Shown here in pieces: positions 41,866 to 55,414 of a DNA stretch of 64,000 nucleotides. The notes under the pieces are model-generated. The model made no database searches and was not told the origin of the DNA. It saw nothing but the letters and a program-made list of their open reading frames with translations. The stretch is from Octopus vulgaris. Lineage: Eukaryota. The translations under genes and the position numbers were made by a program. How positions within the stretch are numbered: the stretch's first letter is position 1; each line of letters begins with the position of its first letter. The stretch covers positions 110,670,001 through 110,734,000 of the forward strand of contig OX597821.1 in NCBI GenBank assembly GCA_951406725.2, in the 5' to 3' direction.

Positions 41866-42850
41866 TGCGCAGGAGTGGCTGTGTATAGGCGCAGGAGTAG
41901 CTCTGTGGTAAGTAGCTTGCTTACCAACCACATGGATCCGGGCAGTGGCACCTTGGGCAAGTGTCTTCTACTATAGCCTCGGGCCGACCAAAGCCTTGTG
42001 AGTGGATTTGGTAGACGGAAACTGAAAGAAGCCCTATAGGTGTGTGTCTGTCTGTCTGTCTCCTCCCACCATCGCTTGACAACTGATGGTGACGTGTCTA
42101 CGTCCCAGTAACCTTGCGGTTCGGCAAAAGCGACCGATAGAATAAGTACTAGGCTTACAAAGAATAAGTGCTGGAGTCAATTTGTTCGACTAAAGCCGGT
42201 GCTCCAGCGTGACCGCAGTCAAATAACTGAAACAAATAAAAGAATAAAATATAATGCGAGCGCTAATCATCACCAAGGCTAATAACGTTGATTTCTTGGT
42301 ATCTTTTGAAGAATTCTAATGGATCGAATCGACCCCGCTATTTGTTGATTTCTAAGTCTGGTACTTAATCTATCGATTGTTTTGCCGAATCGCTGAGTTA
42401 CCGGAACGTAAACACACCAATACCGGTTGTCAAGAGGCAAGGGGAGACATAAAGAAGACACATAGATATATACACACACATACATACACACACTCACACA
42501 TGCACACATACACACACATACACATATACACACACACTCACACACGCACATACACATACACACATATGCACCTACACACACACATACACATATACACACA
42601 CACACACACATATACATACAAACACACACATACTCTTGCACACACGCACACACACTCACACACACATATATGTGTGTAATGTGTGTGTACAACAGGCTTC
42701 TTTCAGTTTCCCTCTACCAAATTCACTCACAAGGCTATGTTCGGTGTGAGGCTAGAGTAGAAAACGCTGGCCCAAGGTGCCACACAGTCGGACTGAACCA
42801 GGAACCATGTGATTGGAAAACAAACTTCTCACCACGTAGTCACGCCTCTG
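41866..42850. mobile_element. Two family A SINEs tail-to-tail (41866-42248 +, 42290-42850 -)
   Basis: Family A modules. The first copy has a duplicated 5' GCGCAGGAGT. Confidence 0.82.
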
Positions 42851-42867
42851 TCTACAAAACAATAGGC

Positions 42868-42936
42868 TGCCGTGACCAGGATTCGAACCTGAGTCCCCAC
42901 GGTCACGACGCTGGGTCTTAACCACAAGACGATAAC
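42868..42936 (-). pseudogene. tRNA-His(GTG) pseudogene
   Basis: GTTATCGTCTTGTGGTTAAGACCCAGCGTCGTGACCGTGGGGACTCAGGTTCGAATCCTGGTCACGGCA closely resembles invertebrate tRNA-His. The 5' GCC is missing and the anticodon arm is mutated. Confidence 0.78.
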
Positions 42937-43520
42937 AAAAAAAAAAAAAAGAACGCAATAAATTTACGCCATTGTCATTGTGTAAACTGGTTCGAGTCTG
43001 TCTCACTATATTTGACGATACATCTTCACCTAAATATAAAATGGTGAGATTCTTCGCAGAAAGCATGAAGGAAACGTGACTTCAAATCTCATGACATTTT
43101 GATCGCCCTTCAACCGATCTTACCAAGAAAACCGCAAGTGGCACTCCTACGTAAATACATTCACAAAATAACAGCTGAACAAGACAAAACGAAATCCAAC
43201 CGTATACTCTAAAGAAATATTCCAAGGAGATCTATCTGCTCGCATTGTATCTCTTAAAATTAGTTCTGCTGTCTTTCTAAAATATACAGAATCAACTTGA
43301 ATGTCGATATAGATGTGGATTAATATAGATCACTGCTTTTGCGTAACGGGTTCAAAGCTTCATATAAAAAGACGATAACCAGCTAGAGACCTTATCATAA
43401 AGCTGAACAGTTGTTAAATCGAGATGTATTCGTGGAAACAGAAGTAAAATATGCGCAAAGCGTCTCATGGGAGAGAAAGCATGCGAGAACAGATAATAGT
43501 AAGATAAAGACAGACAGGCA

Positions 43521-43553
<33 letters not shown>

Positions 43554-44322
43554 TAAGGTAAGGAGTTAGCGTAGAACGGTATGTGAACGTACGACGAAGC
43601 TGGGATGTAAGTGTGAAGGATGAAAGACAGAAAGTGAAGCAGAGTTCAAGAGTTTCTCAAGGAAAATCGCTATTTCGAATGGCGGTGAGGTCAAAGTTGA
43701 AAACTGAGCAAAAATTGGAGAGGTTTGTATTTTTTTTATTCTGTTTTTTTTTATCTTCTTTTTGTATTAATAGATTATCTGTAACTGAACAATGAGATAA
43801 TACAGTGCTTGTGTAATAACCAGTAAGACCGACGGATTAATGATGATGATGATGATGATGATGAAGAAGAAAGAGATGAAGATGAAGGGGTGGGAAGGAG
43901 AAGGGAGGATGAAATGAGGAGGGGAGAGGGGGAGGAGGAGAAAGGTGAAGAGGAGAAGGAGGAAAGATGAGGAGGAGGTGGAAAGAGGAGGAAAGAAGAG
44001 AGGAGGAGGAGAGATAACAGCGATGACGACATGATAAGGCGGCTGAGAATTAAAGAATCAAGAAGAAAAAGAAGAAGAAGAAGAAGAAGAAGAAGAAGAA
44101 GAAGAAGAAGAAGAAGAAGAAGAAGAAGAAGAAGAAGAAGAAGAAGAAGAAGAAGAAGAAGAAGAAGAAGAAGAAGATTATTAGAAAGAATTTAAGATAT
44201 ATGAGAGAAAAAGCCGATATTAAGAGGAGGTTATGATTAGCATGAAGAGAAGGTCGGTTAAGAAAGTCAGTCATTTACAAAAAATCCTTCAACTTTCTCT
44301 TGGATTGGATAAAAAAAAACAC

Positions 44323-44482
44323 CGGCGTAGATGAGTGGTAAGTAGCTTGTTTAGCAACCACATGGTTCCAGGTTCATCCTACAGCATGGCCTCTTGGGCG
44401 AGAGTCATCTACTATAGCTTCAGGCTAACCAAAACCTTGTGAGTGGATTTGGTAGACGGAAACTGAAAGAAGCCTGTCGCAA

Positions 44483-44526
<44 letters not shown>

Positions 44527-45050
44527 ATGTGTGTGTGTGAACCACTAAGTTATGGGGCTGTAAGCAAACCAACACCGGCTGTCAAGCAATGGCCGGAACA
44601 AGCACAGACAGAAAGATAAACGTACTCATAACTCTCTCTCTTTCTCTCTATCCCCGCCATCTTCCTCTATATAAGCGAGTGTATGTGTATGTGCGTGCAC
44701 GTGTGTGAGTCCTTCTGTTTGCGTTTATCTCTCACCACCGCCCAACAACCGGTGATGGTTTGTTTACGTTCTTGTAACTGACTACTTCTGAAAATGTGAC
44801 CGATAGCATAAGTTCCAAACCTTAAAAATTTTTTTTTTTAATTTGCTGGGGGTCAGTACATTCGGCTCAACCCTACAAGGTGGTGCCCCAACAAAGCCAC
44901 AGTCCAATGATTGAAATAAGTGAAAGACAGTACATACAGTATTTTTTTAAGGCGGCGAGCACACCGGGCGAAATACTTAGCGGTATTTCGTCTGCCGCTA
45001 CTTTCGGGTTTCAAATTCCGCCGAGGTCGACTTTGCCTTTCATTCTTTCG
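44323..45050 (+). mobile_element. Diverged family A SINE fragments followed by a family B head
   Basis: A head 44323-44480, A tail 44715-44925, B head 44949-45050. Confidence 0.75.
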
Positions 45051-45239
45051 GTTCATATTTGGTTGATTAAAAATGTAATGGCAAGTATTTATTGATCTTT
45101 TTCTTTCCTTTAAAAATCGGCACGAACTTTCCGGACAACCCAATATATGTATTTATGTGTATTTGTGTATATATGTGTGTGTGTGTTCGTATATATATGA
45201 ATGTGTATGCTTGCGCATACGACGAAAAGAGTTTTGTTT

Positions 45240-45888
45240 ATTTAGGACAATGCTCCAACAGTCATGTTCTTGGTTTCAATGGCAGCTGTGCGTGGCTGTG
45301 GCTTTGAACTCCCTATTTTCCTGATTTGGCCCCATGAAAAAACGGCTGAAAATCTGTATCGCTGTGATGATGACGTCATGTCTGCTGCTGATGACTTTTT
45401 TTACAAACTAGATGAAAGCTGCTTCACCAATGGGATACAAGCACTGCAACTCCGATGGAAGAAGTGGTTGGACTGCAAATTGGGACCATGTTGAAAAATG
45501 AACCTCATTTAGTCACATTCCAAGAGGGTATCAGTGGAGGCACATGGCCTAGTGGTTGGAGCAGCAGACTCGCGGTCGAGGGATCGCGTGTTCGAATCTC
45601 AGACCAGGCGATGTGTGTGTTTATGAGCGAAACACCTAAGCTCCACGCAGCTCCGACAGAAGGTAATGGCGAAACTTCTGCTGACTCTTCCGCCACAACT
45701 TTCTCTCACTCTTTCCTCCTGCATCTTGCGGCTCACCTGCGACGGACCGGCGTCGCGTCCAGGTGGGGAACCTATACGCCAAGAAACCACGAAACCGGCC
45801 CTTATGAGCCAGGAATGGCTCGAGAAGGAACAAACAAAAACAAGAGAGTATTATGGTCAGCCTATGAACTTTTCAACCGACCCTTGTA
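45240..45888 (+). mobile_element. Mariner remnant interrupted by a SINE
   Basis: QDNAP..GFEL, GIQALQLRWKK. TIR-like AACTTTTCAACCGACCCTTGTA at 45867-45888. Confidence 0.75.
45534..45840 (+). mobile_element. tRNA-derived SINE, head H1 + tail T2
   Basis: H1 head; tail shared with 53713-53976. Imperfect 13-bp TSD CAAGAG(G/A)GTAT(C/T)A at 45521 and 45841. Confidence 0.88.
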
Positions 45889-46258
45889 CTAGCATTTAGG
45901 TCTCTCACACATTGTTCTTGTCAACAGAGCTTCCATATAATTTTATTTCTTTATTTAGTATCGTACTAAATTATCTTGCGATATTTGTTCCAACTTGTAG
46001 GCGCATAACGAGTCAAATGGCGGCTATGTCTTCTTCGCAACCACGTGGTTCGGGTGCGATCCCATTACGTGACATCTTAGGCAGATGTTTTAAGATGGCG
46101 ATGGGCAGAATCATTTACGCACCAGACAAAATGCTTCGCGGCATTTCTTCCGACTTTACATTCTGTGTTCAAATCCCACTTCCGGGGTCGAATTTGTCTT
46201 TCATTCTTTCGGGGTCAACAAAATATAGTACCACTTGAACACTGGGATTGATATAACC

Positions 46259-46532
46259 TAGAGGTTCCCAAACTTTTCCAGGTTGCCGCCCCCTTGTCAC
46301 CTGAGCCAGATTCCTAGCGCTCCCACCGCCAACTAACTATTACAAGCATAGACCTCTTTCTGAAGCAAATTCAAAGCAACTGTATTTAACATAAAACTTA
46401 ACCTAGCGAACCCATTATTTTGTTGTTTCTACATGAACGGCTACCCCATTATCGCCCCACTTTTCTTTAACGTTCCTTTGGAACTTACCGCCGCTCCCAG
46501 TGGAGCAATACCGCCCACTTTGCGAGTAACCG
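46259..46532. mobile_element. Possible hAT-type MITE, degenerate
   Basis: TAGAGGTTCCCAAACTTTT start and GCCCACTTTG near the end resemble hAT/Charlie-like termini. Confidence 0.45.
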
Positions 46533-47989
46533 ACTTAACCCCCGCCCCGATATTGCTGGCTTTTTCTCCCAAAATTTGAAGCCAATGTTATAGAATTTAG
46601 AGGCGAAGAATTAATTGCAGTTGGTAGAGTGTCGAACGAAATGCCTTGCAGAGTTTAATTATAAGCTTTCACGTCTTGATTTCAAATCCCCGTCGGGAAT
46701 TCTCGATTAATTCGATCCCAGTGCCTGACTGGTACTTTTTATCGATTCCGGAAAAATGAAGAGTAAGCTTGAAATCGGCGCAATTGAAACCCAAAACGTA
46801 AAGAGTCGAAACATACGCAGCAAAGCATTTTGTCTGGCACCGTTCTGTCTTTCAAACGCGCTTCTTTTAACTCCAAGAACCGTTTCTGACAGAGGTACAA
46901 GGCCACAAAATTGGCTGAGATAAATTGCAGGTTATATCGACTCGACTGTCTCAATGACAATTTTATCAACACCAGAAGCACGAAAAGCAAAGTTAACTTC
47001 GGCGCAGGGACGTGCCGCCAATAAAATAGATCAATAGCAACACCTTCCTTGAATAAATAGATCAATAGCAACACCTTCCTTTCATGGCAAAATGTGAACC
47101 TAATTCAATGAAATTATGAAGATTACTCTGATTACTATGCATAAAATGCAAAATATTTTATGTTTTTTGTAGATTAGTTACGCATAATTCGCCACTGCTT
47201 TTTAATCTCAGTATTTAAGCTACGCATAAAACTGCTGTAATACACGTGCCGTGTACACTCCTACAACACCGTTTTCTTTACGAACTGTATAGACAGAAGT
47301 AAATCTGCCTTCAACTCAGTCGCGCGTTTGTGTTTCGCTCATATTTTGTGTGTTTTACTACATAAAGGTCACCAACTGCCTACCCTAAGTAATTACTGAC
47401 GGCGCGTGCCTGCTTCGGCATGATTCGAACAGAGAGCAATAAGAGCCGGAATAAAAACTGCAAAGCATTTTTTCTCGAAGCTTTAACGGTTCTGCCTGTC
47501 TACTGCCGTCGATGCTCTAATAATTCTGGCAACACCGATAAAAATAATTTATTACTCTGTTTTGTTACCATATCATAAATTTATAGCGAATGTTTGTCTG
47601 AATAAACTAAATCGATCCCCGGAGATAAGTACGGGATTCTAATGTTTAGGAATTCTGCAAGATATTGAGGAAACGAAAGAGAAGCATGAAAGCTTAGATT
47701 AGGGAGAATTTAAATGGCAAATTATGAATATATTAGAGAAATATATGCGTTGAATAAATGTCAATACTGAGATCAATATGAAATCGATATTATATTTTAA
47801 AATTAATGTTTTTAGAGAAAGGATGGGTGAGAAGGATAATGGCGGCTTCGATGCGTCGAACAAGCTGCCGTTTCAGGAAGTTTATATTCAGTGTTCAAAG
47901 CCTGTTGATTTCGATTTTACTTATTATTCTAACAGGATCAATAAGATAAGTACTTGTTAAGTGCTGGAATTAATAAAATCAATTGGCCC

Positions 47990-48290
47990 GGCTCTTCGAC
48001 GATTACGGCAATGAGTGGTCCTGTTGATCCGACTAACAGAACATCCTGCTCTTGAAATTAGCATGCAAGTGGCTGAGCACTCCACAGTATCGCGTGCTCT
48101 TAACGTAGTTCTCAGGGAGAGTCAGCGTGACACAGAGTGTGACAAGGCTGGCCCTTTGAAATACAGACAGTACACATGTTTGCCCGATCAGTGGACAGGA
48201 GCGACAAGAAATAAAATACCTAGCTCAAGGACACGTGGTCTTTAGATCGTGAACCGAATATCTTAGCCAGTAAGTCACAGGCCTTCACAC
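47990..48290 (-). mobile_element. tRNA-derived SINE, diverged head H2 + tail T4
   Basis: Tail CTTGTCACACTCTGTGTCAC..TGTGGAGTGCTCAGCC shared with 40540-40759. Confidence 0.75.
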
Positions 48291-48345
48291 CAAAATCAAT
48301 TTTAACCTACAAAAACGTGTGTGGTTTTGAAATTAATTGGGGTTC

Positions 48346-48520
48346 TTTTTACCCTGTGCGCGTAAGCGAAAGCAGAGTATTGTAGTCACTCGTCTGTTTG
48401 TTTATCTGTGTGTTTGCAAAATTATTGGAATAATGCTGAACGGATTTTCCCCAAATTGGGCTGAAATACTCATTGGGTGAACGGCTCGAACTCATTAAAT
48501 TTTGGTTTGATTATTTTCAA
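48346..48520 (+). mobile_element. Possible Helentron-associated (DINE-1/HINE-like) element 5' part
   Basis: TTTTTACCCTG..GCGAAAGCAGAGTATTGT then a GTCTGTTTGTTT tract and GAACGGATTTT..AAATTG, a typical layout. Confidence 0.5.
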
Positions 48521-49397
48521 AACTAGCAGACGAGGGAATCAAAATGTTTTGACTGTGCAGATTTTTTGTGAAAGAATTTATGTGCACGCATGGTTTGCAT
48601 CGTTCTGGCATGTTCTCAGCACAAGAGTCTATTACCAGCAGATAAAAACATGTATTGTGTCTATTAAATACTATTTATCTCTCACCAGATGGAATACTCT
48701 TTTTGTTGATCTTACCATCACGGAACAGTACACAATATATATATATATATATTAGACAAAATGAGATAACAAAACCAAGGCTGTGAGGAGTGTTCAAGAA
48801 TATATATGGCTGTATATGTGAATATATATATGTATGTGTATGTGTGCACGCGCGTGTGCATGTGTGTGCGTGCGTGAATGTGTGAATGTATATAGATGAA
48901 TGTGTAGGTATGCGATAGATACCATGAGCGAAACTCTCATATAGGTTTTTGGTGCAACCTGCACACTTGTTTATATCGCTAGCGGGGAGACAACTCCCCA
49001 CCAGCTACAACACCGAGACCAGCAGATCACCTGGTTTCGACCTTCCTTGGTCTCATCGGTGACGGACGCTCGACTGCTAGAGATGACAGTGATTCATCTC
49101 TCCTCTAGAGATATATAAAAACAACTCAATTCCTGAACAGGCACTGGTGTGGTGAATAGCCAGCGAGCTTATTAAACAATATATATTAGTGACAGAGGCA
49201 GGATCAAGTACTAGACTTGAACAAACTAGGTCGATTCAGCAGATTAAAAACTCCCCAAGGTGGTGCCCCAGCATGGCCGCAGTCTAATGACTGAAGCAAG
49301 TGAAAGATAACAAGAAATTAGTATTGAGTCCTGTAATTTATCGTTTCTAGTGAATCAAGGTTTAGAAATCATTTTTAATTTAATATTTTTTTCAAAC

Positions 49398-50659
49398 TAA
49401 GGCGGCGAGCAGGCAAAAGCGCTAAGCACGTCGGGCGAAATTCTTAGCGGCATTTAGTATGTCTTTACGTTCTGAGTTCAAATTCCGCCGGGGTCGATAA
49501 ATTAAGTATCAGTTGCGTACTGAGGTCGATCTAATCGACTGTCCTCTCCCAAAATAATTTCGAGCCTTCTGCCTAGAGAAGAAAAGAATATTGGTTTCAA
49601 ACTTCAGTTTGAAATTAGAACGTAAAGACTGACGAAATGCCGCTAAGCAATTTGCCCACCGGGTTAACGATTCTGCCAGCTCGTAACCTTAGTATTAATT
49701 AAATATTGAAAAGCTCTGAAGCTTTCTTTCATGGCTCTGAGAAGCGAAGTCAATGCGCTTCATAATAAATTTCGTCCAGAAGCATTGTGTTATAGGGTAG
49801 ATTGCTTATGTCAGGAAAAATGACAAGTAGATGTCTACTCAACGACATAAACATAATGAAATTGTCCATTAGAAAACGGAAGACAAATATATTGGAAAAC
49901 CTGAAGAGGCATCTTTGTATATAGTCACAAAAAGATTGATTTTTTTTTTTTTCTTAAAACAAAATTATACATAAAACAGAAGATATCGAACAAAACTTAT
50001 CGTGCAGATGAAAGATATGAGAAAGAAAAGCGATGCGTGGGCGATTTTTTGAGAAAATCAGAAGCGACATCAAGACAAGAACAATAAACTTGGATAGAAC
50101 ATAAAGGGTTGCTTTTAAGTGTAAAACAAATTTCTCTCTCATGGGTGCACCAAACATGGTTTAAGCAGAAATAGATACAATTCAATAAGATGATATCTAA
50201 TCGAATGTATTACAAACCCAATGAAAATATCAATATTCTTCCCACTTAGTACGTTCTGAGTTCAAGTTACCCAGCGGTCGACTTTGACCTTCATCCTTAT
50301 ATTTCGGGGCCGATAAATTAAGTATCAGTTGAGTACTGGGGATCAGTGTAATACACTAGTGCCCCCGCCAAAATTTCAGGCGTTGTGCCTTTCTCAGAAA
50401 GCGTTAATGCCCTCCTTATTAAGGCGGTGATCTGGCAGAATCGATAGCACACCGAGCAAAACACTTAGCAGTATTTTGCCCGTCGCTTCATTCTGAGTTC
50501 AAATTCCGCCGTGGTCGACTTTGCCTTTCATTTTTTTCGGGGTCGATAAAGTAAGTACCAGTTGAACACTAGGGTTGATGTAATCGACTCATCCTCACCT
50601 CCCCCAAACTACCCTTCTGACAAAAATTTCAAATAATGATAATCATAATCATCATTATT

Positions 50660-50691
<32 letters not shown>

Positions 50692-50955
50692 CATTATTAT
50701 TATTATTATTATTATCATTATTATTATTATTATTATTATTGTTGTTGTTGTTGTTGTTGTTGTTGTTATTATTTGTGTGGCGAACAGGCAGAATCCTTAG
50801 GACGCCGGGCAGAGAGCATTTCGTTCGTCTTTACGTTCTAAGTTCAAATTCCGCCGAGGTCAACTTTGTCTTTCATCCTTTCGGGGTTGATAAAGTAAGT
50901 TCCAGTTACGCACTGGCCCCTTCCCTAAAAATGTCATGCCTTGTGCCTTTTGTTA
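49398..50955. mobile_element. Several family B SINEs (49398-49590, 49610-49690, 50245-50400, 50420-50630, 50775-50955)
   Basis: Family B modules. Confidence 0.8.
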
Positions 50956-50990
50956 GAAACGATTATCATTATTGTTGTTGTTGTTGTTGC

Positions 50991-51054
<64 letters not shown>

Positions 51055-51689
51055 GAGTGAGAGAGTAGTGCATACCATCAAAGTGACACTGGGGTAAAAT
51101 ATACGAAGCCCAGTATACCCATCGTGACTACCCGTCTGATAAGGGCATATCAGGCACATGCATCACAACCATATGTGCGCGACACGGTGATCTTATATCA
51201 AGATAAACAGCGCATGGCCTTGCAGGTGGGGCCCAGTTAGAATTTTCTCCAAGTTGATTAGCCCATCTCACTCAAAAAGTCGCTGAATAAGGTTTGTTTA
51301 AGGATGTTGAACGAAACACCCATGTTTCCAGAGTTGAATTATCCAAACCTCAAATAATTCCTCTCAACACATGGCTATGATACTCCCCCACTACTTCTGT
51401 TTGTGATCAGAGATGCACAAATTATCAGCCACTAAGGGATATGGTCAACTGGTTACGGTCAAACAACTGACAAGCAAATCAATGGTATTGAGCAGAATAT
51501 TTGCTGTAACCCATCTTTTATACCAAGACAAAAAGATGTAAATGATAACACTTCCAATCAGTTAAGATCGGAAGCCATGTAAGACACTGCCTGATACTGC
51601 ATCAGGGCAATTTTTATTTTTGCACCTATGCTATGCATATGTCTCCTCTGGTGTTGGTGGTGGTGGTGGTTCTGTTGTCGGCGAAAGTG

Positions 51690-52500
51690 AGGACCTCCCT
51701 TCTCTCTTTTGTTGTGGGTAGAAGGCCTTTAGATAATTTGTGTCCTTACATAGGTGACACCCCCGGCTTACTATCTTCAACGTCAATATGGAGTTTGGTG
51801 TCATCTGGTAAATTTACGATGTCCGGAATTGTTTCTAAACTTTTGTTATCCATTTGCACCCGCAACTCTAAACCTTGACCCAATCAGTTTTTATTTATAC
51901 AATTTCCTCACCTGTAAGATGTTTGTGTTGTCCTCTACGTCCAGGATGACAGCTCCCACCAACCAGCAGATGTCTATTTCTAGCGGTGTGCCCGCAAATT
52001 TTATTTTCGCCACTCTACGACAAAGGCATACAAGTATTAAAAATAGGTCATTATTTTTAGGGTCAAGATGGATTACATTCTTGCCGCCTCCGCTGAAGCA
52101 AAGCTCACCTCTACAATGCCATATCTTTGCCCTTTTGCAACGTAGGTTTTTGTGACCCACAGTGGACGTAGACAATTTTTGATTTGTTTTTGTGTTGTTC
52201 GTTCTCATCTACGTCTTTTACCTCCCATTATTTCATAAGTTGCTTATTCCGTGTGTCTTTCACAATGGCTTCAGGAGTGTTAAGGATTACCTTTCTTCCA
52301 TTTCTTTTTTAAATATAGTTTTAGCATTTCTTAAATCGCCTCTCAACAGAATTTCTTGTGTTAGCCCGACTGAGCATTCGAACCTGTTAGGGCGAGATTT
52401 GTCATTTTTTGTCATTTTCAGCGACTGTTTTGGCATTAATGGTGGCAGTGTTGGCGAAGAAGACACCACCGCCATATTGAATATTTTAGAAAGCATTTCG
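51690..52500 (-). mobile_element. L1/Tx1-like ORF1 remnant
   Basis: RRVAKIKFAGTPLEIDICWLVGAVI and LHIDVEDSKPGCHLCK (degenerate Zn knuckle). Several stops. Confidence 0.55.
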
Positions 52501-52794
52501 AAAAGAAAAATTTTCTTTTCGAAATTTCACCCTGTAGGGCAGATGACAATAACTTTTTACTCGGACCCTTATGGCCTACTCAAATTAATGACACGCTATA
52601 CAACAAAGTGATACAACAAAGAGGAAACCAAAATAGACTTATAACAATGAAAATAAAATCAGAGCGTTCATAACAGAGCGTTCATACAGAGCGTTCATAA
52701 CACGTGTAATCCTTGCGATAAACAACAACAACAACAACAACAGCAAAAGGAACAACGGCAAAAGGAACAACAACAACAACAATATTAGCAATAA

Positions 52795-53013
52795 TCCTTT
52801 TTTTATTATAGGCACAGCGGCCTGAAATATGTGGGGAGGGGGCAAGTCGATTAGATCGATCCCCAGAATGCAACTGGTACTCAATTTATCGACCCCGAAT
52901 GGATGAAAGGCAAAGTCGATCTCAGCGGAATTTGAACTCAGAACGTAAAGACGGGCGAAGCACCGCTAAGCATTTCGTCCAGCGTGCTAACGATAATGCT
53001 AGTTTACCGCCTT
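52795..53013 (-). mobile_element. Family B SINE
   Basis: Full family B modules. Confidence 0.88.
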
Positions 53014-53089
53014 AATAATAATAATAATTATTATTATTATTATCATTATTATTGTAATAACAATAATTGTAATAATAATAATATTAATT

Positions 53090-53146
<57 letters not shown>

Positions 53147-53712
53147 GCAATGAACATGTTGTAAGGGAGAGCTGGTAATGAAAGCGGGAAGGGAGTTGAA
53201 TAAAACATTTTGAATTAAGCAGGTTTCGGATAACATCAAAGCTTTGCTCAACGATATGTGACAGAGGAGCAGGAAATAACCGGGTATGTTACAAAATAGA
53301 GAAATTAAAACAAAACGAACAAAAAAGACCAAAACCTCACACTCCTAAATCTGGAAATAAACCACGAAAGGGAATACAAATAGCTTGAAGGCTTTCGTAG
53401 AACAATTGAGGCAGAAACTTTTGGCAAAATAACACAAATGGCGAAGCTTCGTTCGGTAACGATATTTCAATTTATCAATAATGGCTGTGTGGTAAGAAGT
53501 TTCTTTCTCAACCACATTGGTCTGGGTTCAGTTCCACTGTGTGACACCTTCAGCAAGTGTCTTCTACTATACCCTTTTGAGTAAATATGGCAGACGGAAA
53601 CTGAAAGAAACCCGCCGTATATATTCTTTTACTCGTTTCAATTATTTGATTGCGGCTATGCTGGAGCACCGCCTTAGTCGAACAAATCGTCCCCAGGACT
53701 CATTCTTTGTAA

Positions 53713-53976
53713 ATAAAATAAATGAATGTTCCTTCTCGAGCCATGCTAGGCTCATAAGGGCCGGTGTCCCCGGTTTCAGTGGCGTAGAAATTTCCCACCT
53801 GGACGGGACGCCAGTCCACCGCAGGGTTACTCATTTTTGCCCGCTGAATGGACTGGAGCAATGTGAAAATGAAGTGTTTTGCTCAAGAAAACAAAGCATC
53901 GCCTGGTCCAGGAATCGAAACCACAACCTTTCGATCATGAGTTCAACACCCTAACCACTAAGCCACGCGCCTCCAC
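53713..53976 (-). mobile_element. tRNA-derived SINE, head H2 + tail T2, nested in a family A tail
   Basis: Perfect 12-bp TSD CATTCTTTGTAA at 53701-53712 and 53977-53988. Confidence 0.9.
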
Positions 53977-54214
53977 CATTCTTTGTAAGCCTAGTACTAA
54001 TTCTATAGGTCTCTGTGCGATCACATGACCTGCTAGAAATAACAGCCAAATATCAGCAAAATCCTATCGTAGAATCTAGCAAAAAACGTGGTTAGGGAAA
54101 ACACATTAGACAATGTAATCCTAGATGCATTATGAATGCAAAATAAAAACTGATTATTAATGACTGGTAAAATCCCTTTAGCAATAGTCGTTTCGCTTTC
54201 TGATAAGCGAGAAT

Positions 54215-55056
54215 TTGTCAGAAGGGCTCCAGGAAAGCGAAAGGACTCACGTTACACGACGAAAGTTTGAGGGTAAAAGTCTAATGCTTTGGAGATACAT
54301 AAAAAGTGATGATTCAAGAAAGAATGTTAAAATTAACGGTAACTTGAATAGTGTCAAATACATCCAGTTGCTAAAGGACAATTTGATACCAGACATGGAT
54401 GAAGGGGAGATTTTCCAGAATGATGGAGACCCATGCCACAGATCGTGTGCAACACAACAGAGTCTGGCTGATGAAGGTATTACCGTATTGAAAGATTGGC
54501 CAGCTCAGAGCCCGGACTTAAATATGATCGAGCAAATGTGGACAGAACTAAAGAGAAGAGTTCGTCAGAAGAATCCACACACGTCAGAAGAATCCACGCA
54601 ATTTCGAAGAGGTGTAGAAGCTCAGCCACAGAGAATGGCATCTCATACCTGTGAAGATCGTGAAGGATTTGTACGCATTTCTTTCCAGGCGCATTGAAGC
54701 AATTATTCAAGCTAGGGGAAGCCACACGAAATATTAACAATGTACAGTAACTTCTTGAAATGAGCGTTATGTAATAAATTTTCATTATAGACATTTTTGT
54801 TTTGAAGCACTGTATCTTGATTGGTTTATGTGAAGTTGCCGAAAACTTTTGCACAGCTATTTTTGGTAGTCGTCTCACATCTTCCTCTCTCATTCAGAAC
54901 CTCTGCTACAAAATATAATGATTAGGTATGGAAATGACTCCAACAGGACCAATGTTTCATCTGTAGAAATCGCAATGACAAAAAGTCCTCTTTTCAGTTG
55001 GTGATTAGAAATTTACAATAGTTTAAAATGGCCGAAGACTTTTGTACGATACTGTA
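54215..55056 (+). mobile_element. Tc1-like transposon remnant (DD34E region and right end)
   Basis: IFQNDGDPCH..DWPAQSPDLNMIEQMW, frameshifted ARGSHTKY*, terminus ACTTTTGTACGATACTG|TA. Confidence 0.88.
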
Positions 55057-55110
55057 TATATGTATGCATATGTCAGTATGTATTGTGCATGTGTAAGTAT
55101 GTATGTGTGC

Positions 55111-55153
<43 letters not shown>

Positions 55154-55309
55154 TATATATACCAATTATATACGATTTTATTATTATTTTGCAATTTACT
55201 TAATCATTGATATTTTATAGTTATTTTAATTTTAATATTTCTATTATATGTAATTTTCTAGATGGTGTAATTTAATTGTTCATTTTGAATTGATAAAAGG
55301 TGGGATTTA

Positions 55310-55358
<49 letters not shown>

Positions 55359-55414
55359 CAAACGTTAGATCTACACGTGCTCTAACGCTCTGTGCATCTA
55401 GGATTAAGAAGGCT

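Noticed and set aside
47406-47420. GTGCCTGCTTCGGCA resembling the U6 snRNA 5' end
   Set aside because: The match stops after about 15 nt and the context fits a degenerate family B SINE.
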